This document shows positions 1-10,077 of a DNA stretch of 64,000 nt, one piece after another. The notes beneath the pieces are model-generated. The model was given only the letters and a program-made list of their open reading frames with translations, was not told the DNA's origin and did not search any database. The stretch is taken from the NCBI GenBank assembly GCA_032128875.1, contig JAVLKG010000003.1, positions 417,008-481,007 of the forward strand. The letters run 5' to 3'. The DNA comes from Candidatus Melainabacteria bacterium 17Bon1m (GTDB lineage Bacteria; Cyanobacteriota; Vampirovibrionia; Obscuribacterales; Obscuribacteraceae). Both the position numbers and the translations under genes were made by a program. Position 1 is the stretch's first letter. The number at the start of each line of letters is the position of its first letter.

Positions 1-2
1 CA

Positions 3-1706
3 GTGCAAAAGATACGGCGTTGAGTGAAACCATTTCTTGCCGCCGCCTTTGTCGTAAGGCACATACTCGTGGCGCTCACCATCCGAAACCTCTTCGAATT
101 TGCGCACGAACATTTTGTTGTTGCAGGTGAACAAGCCATTCACAACTACAATTCCAGAGTTGTTGTCCTGTAATGGTGGATGTTTTTCGAAGAGTGCCGT
201 GATCAGCGGTGGGCACCATGGCGCAATGGTCGGTTTTTGAGCTGATGTTGAGTTGAGAGATTCCACCTCGCGCATTTCTAAGGCGGACCTTATGCCGAAC
301 GCTTCTGCCCGTTTTTTCTCTTCCGGGTAAAGAATGCGAGCGAACTGTAATTGTCTAGAACTGTTAGTGTCTCTTGTTTCCGCTCTTTTACGCAACGTGA
401 TGATTGCATTGTTGACTTTCTCGCCCGCGCGAGTCGGAAAACTTCCAGAACCAAGTTGAACGATGGTTTCAATTTTGCTTTCTTGTTCTATAAACTCTCT
501 CAACGGTCTGAAGCGAGAGATTGAAAGCACGCTCTGCTGGCAGATCAAGCTGGCACGAGCATTTTTCTCGAGCATCGAAATAGATAATTCTACAAAGGCT
601 GTATAGAGATCATATTTTGACAGCGGATATTGTTGTTTCAAAAAGTGCGATAACTTTTCCGGCATGTTTCGCATGCTCATATATGGCGGATTTGCTGCCA
701 GCGCGCCGAACTTGCCTGGTAATCTCGCAGCAGGAAGACAGTTTTCACCTTCAAGTGACAAGAGAATTTTCTTGTCGTTGTGACAATTATGGTTGAGAAG
801 AAGAGACCCGCCTAAATCATTTATGGTGTATACGTTTGCCGGTTGCAGAGCCACACTTGCATCGAAATCGCGACTTGCAAGATACAAACAGAAATTGGCC
901 GACGCTGTTAACTGTTCGTCTATTTCCAGTCCGAAAATGAGTTTTTCGATTGCAGATCTAACAGCATCACTGGTGGAGCATCCAGATTCCATCAGTAGTT
1001 TTACTGTTCTGTAAAATGCTGGAACCAAAATATGTCCTGCTCCGCAAGCCGGATCGATGAATGTTTGATTTGCGCGCGTGATCGCTTCTTCCACAAGAAA
1101 CTCAGCGATCCAGGCAGGAGTAAACCACTTTGTGTAAAACGGCGAATGTCCATCTGCGCGCAGGTTTTTCTTGAGTTGTTTTTCGCTTTGATGGAGCAGG
1201 TATTGATAGACCCAGCCTGAAAAGAGCGGGTCGCTAAAAGTCTTTGCACGTCCGCTTTCACTTTTCGCCATCCACTTACGCAAACATTCAATTGTTCGAA
1301 CGGTGGCGTCCTCAAGAGAGTCCTCATTTGCGTTCGCTGCTATCTGTTTCACCATCTGGCCGGCGGCTGTCGCCATAGGGCAGTCATCAAAATGTGGTTT
1401 TTGGTAACCGAAAATATCTAGCGAGATTTTTGCAATCGCTGCTTCAAGCGAAGTGCCAGCCAGATTGCCTGGCATGAGCTGTCTTTCCGAAAGACTAATG
1501 AGGCAAGCGAATAACCATGTCAGCTGCAGGCTTGGCTCGAATTCGTATTGGCTGGCAGAGTGCTCGGCCTTGATAGCCCAGCGAGTAGCATTGCTCGCGC
1601 GTGTGCCCGCAGCTAGAGGTTTTGTTTTTGCCAACGTCTTGCATAGCTCGTCTGTGAGCCGCTTTACACAGGTAAGTCCTAATTGCTGATCGTTCTGATT
1701 TTGCAT
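3..1706 (-). CDS. N6-adenine DNA methyltransferase, BREX PglX/Eco57I-like (partial; 3' end runs off the left edge)
   Basis: Manual translation from ATG at 1706 stays open to the window edge (568 codons). It contains GWVYQY..TKWFTPAWIAEFLV, motif I DPACGAGHIL (1035-1055), motif IV NPPY (681-692), YDLYTAF, LGSGSF and GLFTCNN..PYDKGGGKKW, as in PglX. It is absent from the ORF track because there is no stop codon in the window. Confidence 0.88.
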   Translation of the reverse strand, partial: MQNQNDQQLGLTCVKRLTDELCKTLAKTKPLAAGTRASNATRWAIKAEHSASQYEFEPSLQLTWLFACLISLSERQLMPGNLAGTSLEAAIAKISLDIFGYQKPHFDDCPMATAAGQMVKQIAANANEDSLEDATVRTIECLRKWMAKSESGRAKTFSDPLFSGWVYQYLLHQSEKQLKKNLRADGHSPFYTKWFTPAWIAEFLVEEAITRANQTFIDPACGAGHILVPAFYRTVKLLMESGCSTSDAVRSAIEKLIFGLEIDEQLTASANFCLYLASRDFDASVALQPANVYTINDLGGSLLLNHNCHNDKKILLSLEGENCLPAARLPGKFGALAANPPYMSMRNMPEKLSHFLKQQYPLSKYDLYTAFVELSISMLEKNARASLICQQSVLSISRFRPLREFIEQESKIETIVQLGSGSFPTRAGEKVNNAIITLRKRAETRDTNSSRQLQFARILYPEEKKRAEAFGIRSALEMREVESLNSTSAQKPTIAPWCPPLITALFEKHPPLQDNNSGIVVVNGLFTCNNKMFVRKFEEVSDGERHEYVPYDKGGGKKWFHSTPYLLH

Positions 1707-1738
1707 ACTCAAAACTGGAAAACTAAGGCGTAAGCAAG

Positions 1739-2515
1739 TTATGTCAGAGCGCGGGTGCGATAGGCTTGTGACAGGGCTTCGAGATATTCTTCTGCGCCTT
1801 TGGTGCTATTGTCTGACAGCTTCTCTTTAAAGTGTTCCATCAATTTCGCTGCCACCACTGGGCGCTGTTTTTTGCCCATGGTTTTGCGGCGTTTCAAAAA
1901 GCTCGACAAGATTTCGTACTCTTGCGGCGTTATGCGTCCGATGTCCAGCATGTCCGCTTCGACTAATTTTGCGTTGTCCAAATCAACGTCATCTTTCGCT
2001 GTTGTCAGAAGTTCTGAATCACGCTCGCGCACAACCACCGTGCCGGCAGCCAAATCTCCAAATCGCCGTTCGTTGTTGTCTACAAGAATTGCCAGCACAC
2101 CGATTAACATAAGACCTGTATCAATGACACGGACCAGATTGCGGATAATAACAGCCGGCCATGTGACAGGCTGTCCATTCTGCTCGATGACTCGAATATG
2201 CGCCACACGTTTGCCGGGCGTCTGTCCTTGCCATGTCCCTTCGAAGAACATGTGGTAGCCAAAGTGAATAATGAAGGTGCCGAATATCAGTACCATGATG
2301 ATGAAGCCGTAGCCTATGCCCTTTACATGTGCGGGCATCGAGCTCATCGATACAAGAGTGAAGACTCCCCAGGCGGCTAAACCCATGATTGTGATTACAA
2401 CCAGGCTAATCGTCTGATCGATTAACCCCGCCAGAATGCGATTGCCAAGCCCTGCCAACTCAAGGTGTAGGTCAACATTTTCCGGGGTAGAGATAGAGTA
2501 GTCGGGGTTGTGCAT
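1739..2515 (-). CDS. RDD family membrane protein
   Basis: STPENV-LAGLGNRILAGLID, GQTPGKR and RFGDLAAGTVVV motifs, with TM segments. Confidence 0.9.
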   Translation of the reverse strand: MHNPDYSISTPENVDLHLELAGLGNRILAGLIDQTISLVVITIMGLAAWGVFTLVSMSSMPAHVKGIGYGFIIMVLIFGTFIIHFGYHMFFEGTWQGQTPGKRVAHIRVIEQNGQPVTWPAVIIRNLVRVIDTGLMLIGVLAILVDNNERRFGDLAAGTVVVRERDSELLTTAKDDVDLDNAKLVEADMLDIGRITPQEYEILSSFLKRRKTMGKKQRPVVAAKLMEHFKEKLSDNSTKGAEEYLEALSQAYRTRALT

Positions 2516-2596
2516 TGGCTTTTAGACTGCGATTTGCGCTTAAATTAAGTATGACCGAAAGTCGCCTGTGATGATGCACCATTATGCGTTATTTGA

Positions 2597-3613
2597 ATGA
2601 ACGTCGAACGTTGGCTTAAAACCAGAAAACCGGCATGGGAGAAGTTGGAAGCTCTCATCAAGCGTATCGAGAAATCCGGTATGCATAGGCTGGACCGCTC
2701 TGAGCTCCAGGAGTTGGGTCGCCTGTACCGAATGACGTCCGCAGACCTGTCAAGGGCGCGTTCGCTTAAGCTCCCCCAGGACGTACAGGTTTATCTGAAC
2801 AACCTGGTGGTGAAAGCGCACAACCAAGTCTATCAAACTCGAAGAAACCGCTGGGCTGACCTCGGAAACTTCCTCTGGCTGACTTTTCCGCGTCTGGTCA
2901 AAGAGAAAATCCTCTATATCATGGTCTCCTTTCTGCTCTTTGCCGGACCTGGTGTGCTTGCTTATTGCATGACGGTCAAAGATCCCCATTTTGCACAATT
3001 GGAAATCATGAAAAACCATCCTCTCGTGAGTGAGGAGATGTGGAACATGATCGAGAACAAGAAGATGTGGACTGATTCGGTTCAAGGATATAGCCAAACC
3101 GCATCCAGCATGATTGCTACCAACAATATCCGCGTCTGCATAATGTCATTTGTGTTTGGTATCACATTTGGTTTTGGTACAGCCTTTGTTCTTTTGAACA
3201 ATGGGTTGAACATCGGCACTGTTCTTGGTTTGTGTAAGGCGTACGGCATGGTCGATAAGCCGCTGGCGTTTATTGCCGGGCATGGTGTTCTAGAACTGAC
3301 TGCGATATTCATCAGTGGCGGTGCAGGTCTATTAATCGGCCGCGCGCTTTTGTTTCCTGGGCAATATAGACGGATAGACGCTTTTAAAATGGTGGCACGA
3401 GATGCTGCTGGACTTTTTGGTGGTTGTGTGCCGCTGCTGCTGGTGGCAGGGATGATTGAAGGTTTTATCTCCCCGCGTACCGATATCTCGGCTGAGACGA
3501 AATTTGCCGTGAGCCTGGCCACGCTGGTCTTGCTCATGCTTTATCTGTTTGCGCCTAGAGCTTCGAAAGAAGAAATTGCTAAAGAAACTACAAAATTGAA
3601 TAATCAAAATTGA
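2597..3613 (+). CDS. Stage II sporulation protein M (SpoIIM)-like membrane protein
   Basis: LYR..SADL, YLNNLV, NNIRV, HGVLEL and AGMIEGFISP motifs; the usual partner of RDD genes. Confidence 0.9.
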   Translation: MNVERWLKTRKPAWEKLEALIKRIEKSGMHRLDRSELQELGRLYRMTSADLSRARSLKLPQDVQVYLNNLVVKAHNQVYQTRRNRWADLGNFLWLTFPRLVKEKILYIMVSFLLFAGPGVLAYCMTVKDPHFAQLEIMKNHPLVSEEMWNMIENKKMWTDSVQGYSQTASSMIATNNIRVCIMSFVFGITFGFGTAFVLLNNGLNIGTVLGLCKAYGMVDKPLAFIAGHGVLELTAIFISGGAGLLIGRALLFPGQYRRIDAFKMVARDAAGLFGGCVPLLLVAGMIEGFISPRTDISAETKFAVSLATLVLLMLYLFAPRASKEEIAKETTKLNNQN

Positions 3614-3692
3614 TAACTTGTCGTTAAAATAGTGGTATCAAATTCGAACCAGTTGATGTGATACCAAAGACGGAGCAAGTGTCGCAAGCCTG

Positions 3693-4775
3693 ATGACTCA
3701 AGCAACAGCAGTCGCGCCACAAACAAAGGCGCCCAAACTTACGGTTAGAAAAGTAAAGGGCAAGAAAAAACTGCCGCCAGGTCAGCGATTGCTTTTGTAT
3801 ATGTTTTTGGCTGCGTTCGTATCGCTGATTACGGCCAATCTCATTCCGCATGGCAAGACTGATGCGGTTCCTCAGGTCACCACCGTGATTGAGGTGATGC
3901 CTTTTCCTCTCACCAGTCGTCTCACGTCACTCGAAGACGAACTCGCAAAGTTGAGCGATAAGAAGAAATTGCGTACAGGATTGTTTGTTGTCGAACCAGC
4001 AACTGGGCGCTATGCAGAGATGAATGGACGCCAGCCTTTTATGGCCGCGAGCATGATCAAGGTGCCTGTGCTCGTCAGTTTGTTGGCGGCGCTGGATCGC
4101 AAAGCAGTATCACTCACTGAAAAGTTGACTATTAGCAAAGACCTCATCACTGGAGGGTCTGGCTATTTGCAGTGGCGTCCAGTGGACTCCAAGATTACTG
4201 TCAAGGAAGCAGCCGAATTGATGATCATCATTTCGGACAACACTGCCACCAATTTGCTGATCGACAGGCTGGGTGGGCTGGAAAAACTCAATAAACAGTA
4301 CGCCAGCTGGGGGTTGAAGAACACTAAGCTGAACAACCTGCTTGCTGATTTGGATGGCACCAACACAACCAACCCTTACGACCTCTGTTACATGATGGGT
4401 CGTATCGAGCGTGGTGAACTGATTTCTCAATCGAGCCGTGACTGGATGTATTCGATCATGCATCGCACGCGCATCAAAACATTGCTTCCCCAGGGTTTGA
4501 ATCCTGGCGATCGCATTTTCCATAAAACCGGTGACATCGGCAAAATGGTTGGTGACGTAGGTCTTGTTCATACCAAGGACGGCAAGCGTTATCTAGTTGC
4601 GGTCCAAGTGGAACGTCCGCACAATGACCGCCGCGCCAACGAGCTTATTCGCACATTGTCCCGCGCGATTCACGGCACCATTATCAAACCTGCCGATGGT
4701 GCCGTCGATGAAACCATCGCCGGAACAGACTCGATTATTCGCGCTGCCGCTGATCAAACCAGCCGCCATCCGTAG
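3693..4775 (+). CDS. Class A beta-lactamase-like serine hydrolase (cyanobacterial PBP-A type)
   Basis: SxxK (ASMIK), SDN and KTG motifs; short omega loop LADLDGTNTTNP; N-terminal TM anchor. Confidence 0.85.
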   Translation: MTQATAVAPQTKAPKLTVRKVKGKKKLPPGQRLLLYMFLAAFVSLITANLIPHGKTDAVPQVTTVIEVMPFPLTSRLTSLEDELAKLSDKKKLRTGLFVVEPATGRYAEMNGRQPFMAASMIKVPVLVSLLAALDRKAVSLTEKLTISKDLITGGSGYLQWRPVDSKITVKEAAELMIIISDNTATNLLIDRLGGLEKLNKQYASWGLKNTKLNNLLADLDGTNTTNPYDLCYMMGRIERGELISQSSRDWMYSIMHRTRIKTLLPQGLNPGDRIFHKTGDIGKMVGDVGLVHTKDGKRYLVAVQVERPHNDRRANELIRTLSRAIHGTIIKPADGAVDETIAGTDSIIRAAADQTSRHP

Positions 4776-4826
4776 ACCTGCCTTTTGGGGTATGGACTGC
4801 CTGGGCTATCTGGGTAAATTTGAGAC

Positions 4827-5279
4827 ATGCGGACCTTGTCGATTTCTAAATTGACGCTCCTAGTCGCTCCAGCGTTTGTCTGGATTCTTTGCCTTTGCTC
4901 TACAGGAGCCGCGGCTAAAGATGATGCCACCAAGATTAGTGCTGGTCAGCGGGCGGCATCTGCGATAGAGCAGCGAGATGCCGAAACTGAAATTCGCCAG
5001 CATCTGCCGATTATGGTGATGGAGCGGAGGTCTGAAACAGCGACGGCAAACAATCGCCATAACCTCAGCGTGATCGACAATGTTCTCGGCAAGACTCTCG
5101 AGATTCTATCGCTTGCCTTTGGAGTGGCGATTATAGGGTTATCGGTTGCAGAGCAAAAGGAAAAGAGAGAAGCGGTTATGCGTATCACCGTGGGCACCGG
5201 TTTCGTCCTTTTCGGTTTGTTCTGCCCACCAATTATTCATGCCGTTTGTGAATGGGTTTCTCGTAGCCTATTTCATTAA
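4827..5279 (+). CDS. Small exported/membrane protein with VirB2/TrbC pilin-like C-terminal hydrophobic hairpin
   Basis: Signal peptide ending in AAA, and two C-terminal hydrophobic helices joined by a charged loop. The pilin similarity is topological only. Confidence 0.55.
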   Translation: MRTLSISKLTLLVAPAFVWILCLCSTGAAAKDDATKISAGQRAASAIEQRDAETEIRQHLPIMVMERRSETATANNRHNLSVIDNVLGKTLEILSLAFGVAIIGLSVAEQKEKREAVMRITVGTGFVLFGLFCPPIIHAVCEWVSRSLFH

Positions 5280-5483
5280 TTCGGCGTTTAATCTATCGCT
5301 ACCGACTGCTCGCAAGCTCGCAAAGCTAAGCGGGATGGACCTTTGGGTTTTAACAAATGGTCTTAAAGGGTATCTATCCTATATAAGCCGCGATATTCAC
5401 GCTGATTTCACGATGCGCCGATCAAAATAGGGCTATCCCCTGTTCTACACACAGTTTCTAGCTCCCGCGTTTGGGACTTACTA

Positions 5484-8400
5484 ATGACAGTTGAAGCTGC
5501 TGAAAATCCAAAGGTCAAGCAAAGGGACGTTCCTCCCGTAGAAGAGCGCTCGCCTGTAGCCTGCGAGACGGATCTCTCCAAGAATCAGACGACCAAGAAG
5601 GAAGAAGTCTGCACGGCTCCGCTTCCGCCGATGACCATTATGGATTCGTCCAATCCGGCTAGGCCCGCCCTGACTGATGCTGCAGTAGCCACGGCAACGA
5701 ATGAAGCCAGAGACGCACTCAACCCTGGATTTCTAGGTTCTAAAAAGCCGGAAGTCTTGAAGGACATTCTCGGACCGATGAACGCAAGCGACATGCAGCG
5801 TTTTGAGCGTGCCTATGACAAACCCGGCGAAGCGCCAGGACAGTTCAGAAGAGAGCTGCGTGAAAAGTTGCCTGCGGACCAGTTTCGTGAAATTGAAGCT
5901 CTGCTCGACAGGCGTGACGGCAAAGCGAATGTGATAGGAACTATCGCGACCTCACTCGAGGTTGCTCGCACCGGACGCGGGTTGCCGACTGAGAACCAGG
6001 AGAGAGCTGGAAGCATGTTGCGAGCAGCGGTCGGGACTTTGAACTCGACCGAACTAGCCCAGATGAAGAAAGACTGGGATACGCGTTATGGAAAAGAGTA
6101 CGGAACTTTTGACCAGGCGGTCGCAAACTCCAACCTGTCGGATCGGGACAAGGCATTGATGACCGGCATCTACTCCAAAGGAGTGGAACAGCGCACAGCG
6201 CAAGACATTCAAGACGCTGCTAAGTTGATCATAAACAGCTACAACCAGGAGTACACAAGCGAAAGCAAGGGGCAGGTTCTCCGCCAATTGGCAGATGTTC
6301 TTGGCGGTGACAATCCGCAAGCCATTGCTGCCCGTCGCGCTCTTCGCGAAGATCCTGAGTTTGTCAAAAACTATCAGAATGCTTTTGAAAACAGCTGGGG
6401 CGCAAGCAAAACAGAAGTGAAGGTCGCCAAAGATTTGCTTCAAGAAGGTCGAATTTCCTTGTCGACCATAATTGAGGGCGATACCCAAACTCTTGGTCGC
6501 TTCTTTGAGAATCCGGAAAATATTAGCTCTGCTCTGATGCGCGCAACGCCTAGAGAGCGGCAACAGTACATCGACGGACAGAAGCTGGTCGCTGACAAAG
6601 TCGACCCGTCTAAATTGACACCTGCGCAAAGAGAATCGGTCGACTTCTACAACAAGCTTGATGCGACTTTTAAAGATAGAGGTGATGCACGGCAGCAAGC
6701 CATGTGGAGAGAACAGCTCGAGACGGGCGAAAAAGGACTGATCTCCCGATTGGGCGAACATCACTCCAAGCCTGAGTGGTGGCAGGTTTTCTCCGGTGAG
6801 TCCAACAACATGCAGCGTATGGGCTCGACTATCGAAAATATGGATAGTAAAGACTGGGATCGCATCGCGAGAAAACCCGGGCAGCCTGATACCGAATATA
6901 TGCGCAAACTCAAAGAATCGATTGCGACCTATGCGTCCGGTCCCGAGCAACAGCGCCTTTTCAAACTTTTGGACGACAAGGCTACAGCACCGTCCTTCGA
7001 AGCCTCTAAGAAAGTGCAAAGAAGTCTCGCCGAAGTTGCCGCAGACAACGCAGCTCCCTCGGCTGAAGGTCGCACTGCAATTTTGAATCGTTTGAGCACG
7101 ATGACAGCTGCAGATGCGCAGGAGTTGAAAAACAATCCTGAACTGCGTAAACAAACCGACGCTGCTATTGGTCAGGTGAGTGGCGATGATCCTCAAGATG
7201 CAGCCAGAGCGGTTTTGGCTCAAGCCATGGTTAAGCAGATGGCGGAAACTGGGCAGCTCAATGGCAATCTGCCGCCTGAAGCCCAATTTGCCAAGGATGT
7301 TTTGGACGGAAAGTTCGACACGCCAGCCAAGAGAATGGCGGCTGCTGAAAAGCTCATGCTGGAAAATCCTGAACTGCGTGCACGCCTTGGTAGCTTGAGA
7401 GAGCAAGACAACGTCAACACCATGCTGGTTGGAGCGGCGGGGCGTGGCTGGCAAAATCTGCTGCGCGGCGAGCAAATTCCGATCATGCTCAGAGCACAAG
7501 TCGAGGCTGAGTCAGGAACACTGAATAGCTGGTTCAAAGGACAATACGGTCATATCGCCGGCTTGCCCGAATCCGAACGTACACGCTTGGGTGAAATGCT
7601 CAGTCCGGAGCAGAAGAAGATTTTGGATAACGTTGTTAGGCAAAACGGAAAAACCGATTTGGCTGATGACGTTCAATCTTACTTAGTAGGTGACGGCGGA
7701 TCGTACAAAGACTTCATGCAAAGACTTGGTCAGATGAACGACCAGCAGCGCAATGAGTTCTACGCTAATTTCAAGAACAAATACGGAACTGACTTTAAAG
7801 ATGCTTTTCTCAAGGGTGCCGCGAGCCGAGATGGTCTTGATGAAGCAAATCAAAAAGTTCTTGCAAATGTGGTCAAGCAAGACTTCAAGCCCACTCTCGC
7901 TGACGAGCTGCGCGCCTTCACGCTTGATGGAAAGGGCTCTTACAAGGACTTTGAAGCGCGCCTTGCGTCTCTCGATTTTGCACAACGCCAAAAACTAAAA
8001 TCCGAGTTCGATTCCAAATATGGCGTAAATCTAGATGCAGCGTTCTTGCCGAAAGTCGAGGCCGGTGATAAGCAAAAGTACAACAATTTGCTTACAGCTG
8101 CCGAGACAGACCCGCTTTCTGATTACCTCAACCGCGTCACCAATTTCGACAATACAGGTGTGACTCCTGACGGCACGCGGGAAAATGTAGAGCGTTCGCT
8201 TCAACTGAATCGCGAAATGCTAACTCAATATTCTGCAGCTAGAGAAAAGCTTCCGCCCAACGTTCGTCAAGCTCTCGATAATTACTATGCAGAAGCAGTA
8301 AAGCAAAACCTTGATTCTCGTGACAAAGCTGCGAGGGCTGCTGAAGTTGCGATCGAAGTAACTGTGTTGGCAGCAGCACTTGCTTCGGCTCCTTTTACCG

Positions 8401-9851
8401 GCGGTACTAGCCTGGGCGCTCTTTCTTTGACTGAAGCAGGTGCCCTTATAACCAGTGCGTCGCTGGCTACCGGTACTGTGCGAATGGGCTTGATCTCTAG
8501 CATTCGCGGCGAAGGCCGGATGACTGATTCCGACAAATTTGACCAGTTCAAGGCAGGCATGATCGACGGAATGATTCTTGCTTCGCCTCTTCTCTTCGGC
8601 AGAACCGCGGCTACAGCAGAACGCGCACCAATTGTTCGTGCAGAGTTCACAGCTGGAAAAGAAATAGTACCTGTTGTACCAGGCCGCGTCGTCCAAGCTG
8701 AGACGACTGTAGGGCGCGAGGTTGTTCAAGCCGAGGTAACTGCTGGAAAAGAAGTGGCTCAAGTGGTTCCACGCCCAGTCGTTCAGGCGGAGGCCACCGC
8801 CGGCCGTGAGGTTGTGGGAGCTGAAGTTACAGCTGGTCGCGAAGTTGCAGTCCGACCGGTTGAAGTGAAGAAACCCGTAGTTCCTGAAGTCGCAGATGAT
8901 GCAGCAGGATTCCGAGTTACAGAGAACGGCAGAGAGCTGAATATTAGCTCCGTCGATACTCCGGCACAGCGACTTGCCGCTCAGAGAGAAGAAGCTCTCC
9001 GGCGGGCTACTGCGGAGAGAGAGGCGCTTGCTCAGCGAGAGGCACTCGTGGCAGAAAGAGCTGCTGCTGAGAGAGTCGCTGCGGAAAGAGCTGCTGCGGA
9101 AAGAGCTGCTGCGGAAAGAGCTGCTGCGGAAAAAGCAGCGGCAGAGAAAGCTGCTGCGGAAAGAGCCGCTGCGGAAAGAGCTGCTGCGGAAAGAGCTGCC
9201 GCGGAGAGAGCCGCTACGGAAAGAGCTGCCGCGGAGAGAGCCGCTGCGGAGAGAGCTGCTGCGGAAAGAGCCGCTGCGGAAAGAGCCGCTGCGGAGAGAA
9301 CTGCTGCAGAAAGAGCTGCTGCGGAAAAAGCAGCTGCAGAGAAAGCTGCAGCAGAGAGGGCCGCCGCAGAGAGGTTGGCCATGGAACGGGCTGCAACTGT
9401 AGAGAGACCTGCCGTTGCTAGAATTACAGCCGATGCTGCACGCGGTCTCGGTATTCCGGAGGTCGCCATCGCCGCTGCCGCTGGGCGCGTTGTCGACAGA
9501 GTAGTAACGCCTGACGTGCAAGCCGCTGAACCTGTCGCTGCCGCTACAGCCTACAAGCCTTCTGCCAAAGTTGCCGAGCTGGCGAGCGTTCGTCGTGGTG
9601 AAGGTCCTTGGCAAACAGCCGAAAGAATCCTGGCATCAGATGGCCAACGACACGGTGTTGATGAGGTGAGAGCGCTGACTAGAGCGATTCAGGCAGCCTA
9701 CAAAGCGGACAATAACAGCACTGATATGAGTGGTCTCAAGGTCAAATACAATTTTGCCACGAAGTCCGAGCAGACCTTCAACAACATTATCAATAACTGC
9801 CAAGACGCCAAAGTGCGTGCCTTGCTGATTTCCCTTGCAGAAAAGGGTTAG
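5484..9851 (+). CDS. Giant protein (1455 aa): annexin-like repeats, hydrophobic hairpin, AE(R/K)AA stalk, LysM-like C-terminus
   Basis: Long ORF; collinear paralogue of 10078..14016; see findings. Confidence 0.85.
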   Translation: MTVEAAENPKVKQRDVPPVEERSPVACETDLSKNQTTKKEEVCTAPLPPMTIMDSSNPARPALTDAAVATATNEARDALNPGFLGSKKPEVLKDILGPMNASDMQRFERAYDKPGEAPGQFRRELREKLPADQFREIEALLDRRDGKANVIGTIATSLEVARTGRGLPTENQERAGSMLRAAVGTLNSTELAQMKKDWDTRYGKEYGTFDQAVANSNLSDRDKALMTGIYSKGVEQRTAQDIQDAAKLIINSYNQEYTSESKGQVLRQLADVLGGDNPQAIAARRALREDPEFVKNYQNAFENSWGASKTEVKVAKDLLQEGRISLSTIIEGDTQTLGRFFENPENISSALMRATPRERQQYIDGQKLVADKVDPSKLTPAQRESVDFYNKLDATFKDRGDARQQAMWREQLETGEKGLISRLGEHHSKPEWWQVFSGESNNMQRMGSTIENMDSKDWDRIARKPGQPDTEYMRKLKESIATYASGPEQQRLFKLLDDKATAPSFEASKKVQRSLAEVAADNAAPSAEGRTAILNRLSTMTAADAQELKNNPELRKQTDAAIGQVSGDDPQDAARAVLAQAMVKQMAETGQLNGNLPPEAQFAKDVLDGKFDTPAKRMAAAEKLMLENPELRARLGSLREQDNVNTMLVGAAGRGWQNLLRGEQIPIMLRAQVEAESGTLNSWFKGQYGHIAGLPESERTRLGEMLSPEQKKILDNVVRQNGKTDLADDVQSYLVGDGGSYKDFMQRLGQMNDQQRNEFYANFKNKYGTDFKDAFLKGAASRDGLDEANQKVLANVVKQDFKPTLADELRAFTLDGKGSYKDFEARLASLDFAQRQKLKSEFDSKYGVNLDAAFLPKVEAGDKQKYNNLLTAAETDPLSDYLNRVTNFDNTGVTPDGTRENVERSLQLNREMLTQYSAAREKLPPNVRQALDNYYAEAVKQNLDSRDKAARAAEVAIEVTVLAAALASAPFTGGTSLGALSLTEAGALITSASLATGTVRMGLISSIRGEGRMTDSDKFDQFKAGMIDGMILASPLLFGRTAATAERAPIVRAEFTAGKEIVPVVPGRVVQAETTVGREVVQAEVTAGKEVAQVVPRPVVQAEATAGREVVGAEVTAGREVAVRPVEVKKPVVPEVADDAAGFRVTENGRELNISSVDTPAQRLAAQREEALRRATAEREALAQREALVAERAAAERVAAERAAAERAAAERAAAEKAAAEKAAAERAAAERAAAERAAAERAATERAAAERAAAERAAAERAAAERAAAERTAAERAAAEKAAAEKAAAERAAAERLAMERAATVERPAVARITADAARGLGIPEVAIAAAAGRVVDRVVTPDVQAAEPVAAATAYKPSAKVAELASVRRGEGPWQTAERILASDGQRHGVDEVRALTRAIQAAYKADNNSTDMSGLKVKYNFATKSEQTFNNIINNCQDAKVRALLISLAEKG
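8631..8852 (+). repeat. Intragenic repeat, 5 copies of (V/I)VxAExT(A/V)G(K/R)E
   Basis: IVRAEFTAGKE, VVQAETTVGRE, VVQAEVTAGKE, VVQAEATAGRE, VVGAEVTAGRE. Confidence 0.8.
9051..9380 (+). repeat. 15-bp coding tandem repeat, about 22 copies of AE(R/K)AA
   Basis: gcggaaagagctgct-type units are directly visible. Confidence 0.95.
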
Positions 9852-9894
9852 TTAGACCGGTTCGAATCTTTCTCGCCTCGGTCCTTCGTTGATA

Positions 9895-9926
9895 GACGCT
9901 CGGACGAAACCGAGTGTTTCATTTTT
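9895..9926 (+). terminator. Probable intrinsic terminator after the first giant gene
   Basis: gacgctcgg-acgaaa-ccgagtgtt stem followed by tcattttt. Confidence 0.55.
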
Positions 9927-10077
9927 GCCACCTGGCTGTGCTCTTGTCCGGTATGACACTTCGTCAAACGAATGTCATACCGCCTTGTTACTTTAGTGTG
10001 GCGAACGGCAGAACAGTGTTCGCAACTCCCCCTTGCAATAAAGCTTTTAGCTCCCCCTCCCCTGGAGCCTATTTACT

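Noticed and set aside
290-1689. Five short track ORFs suggesting a non-coding or decayed region
   Set aside because: All overlap the continuous minus-strand methyltransferase frame.
3693-4775. Antibiotic-resistance beta-lactamase
   Set aside because: It is membrane-anchored and has a PBP-A-like omega loop without an evident Glu166 equivalent.
6054-9614. Long minus-strand ORFs (481 and 464 aa) and alternative-frame ORFs in the repeats
   Set aside because: They are antisense or frame shadows of the 1455-aa gene and its 15-bp repeat.
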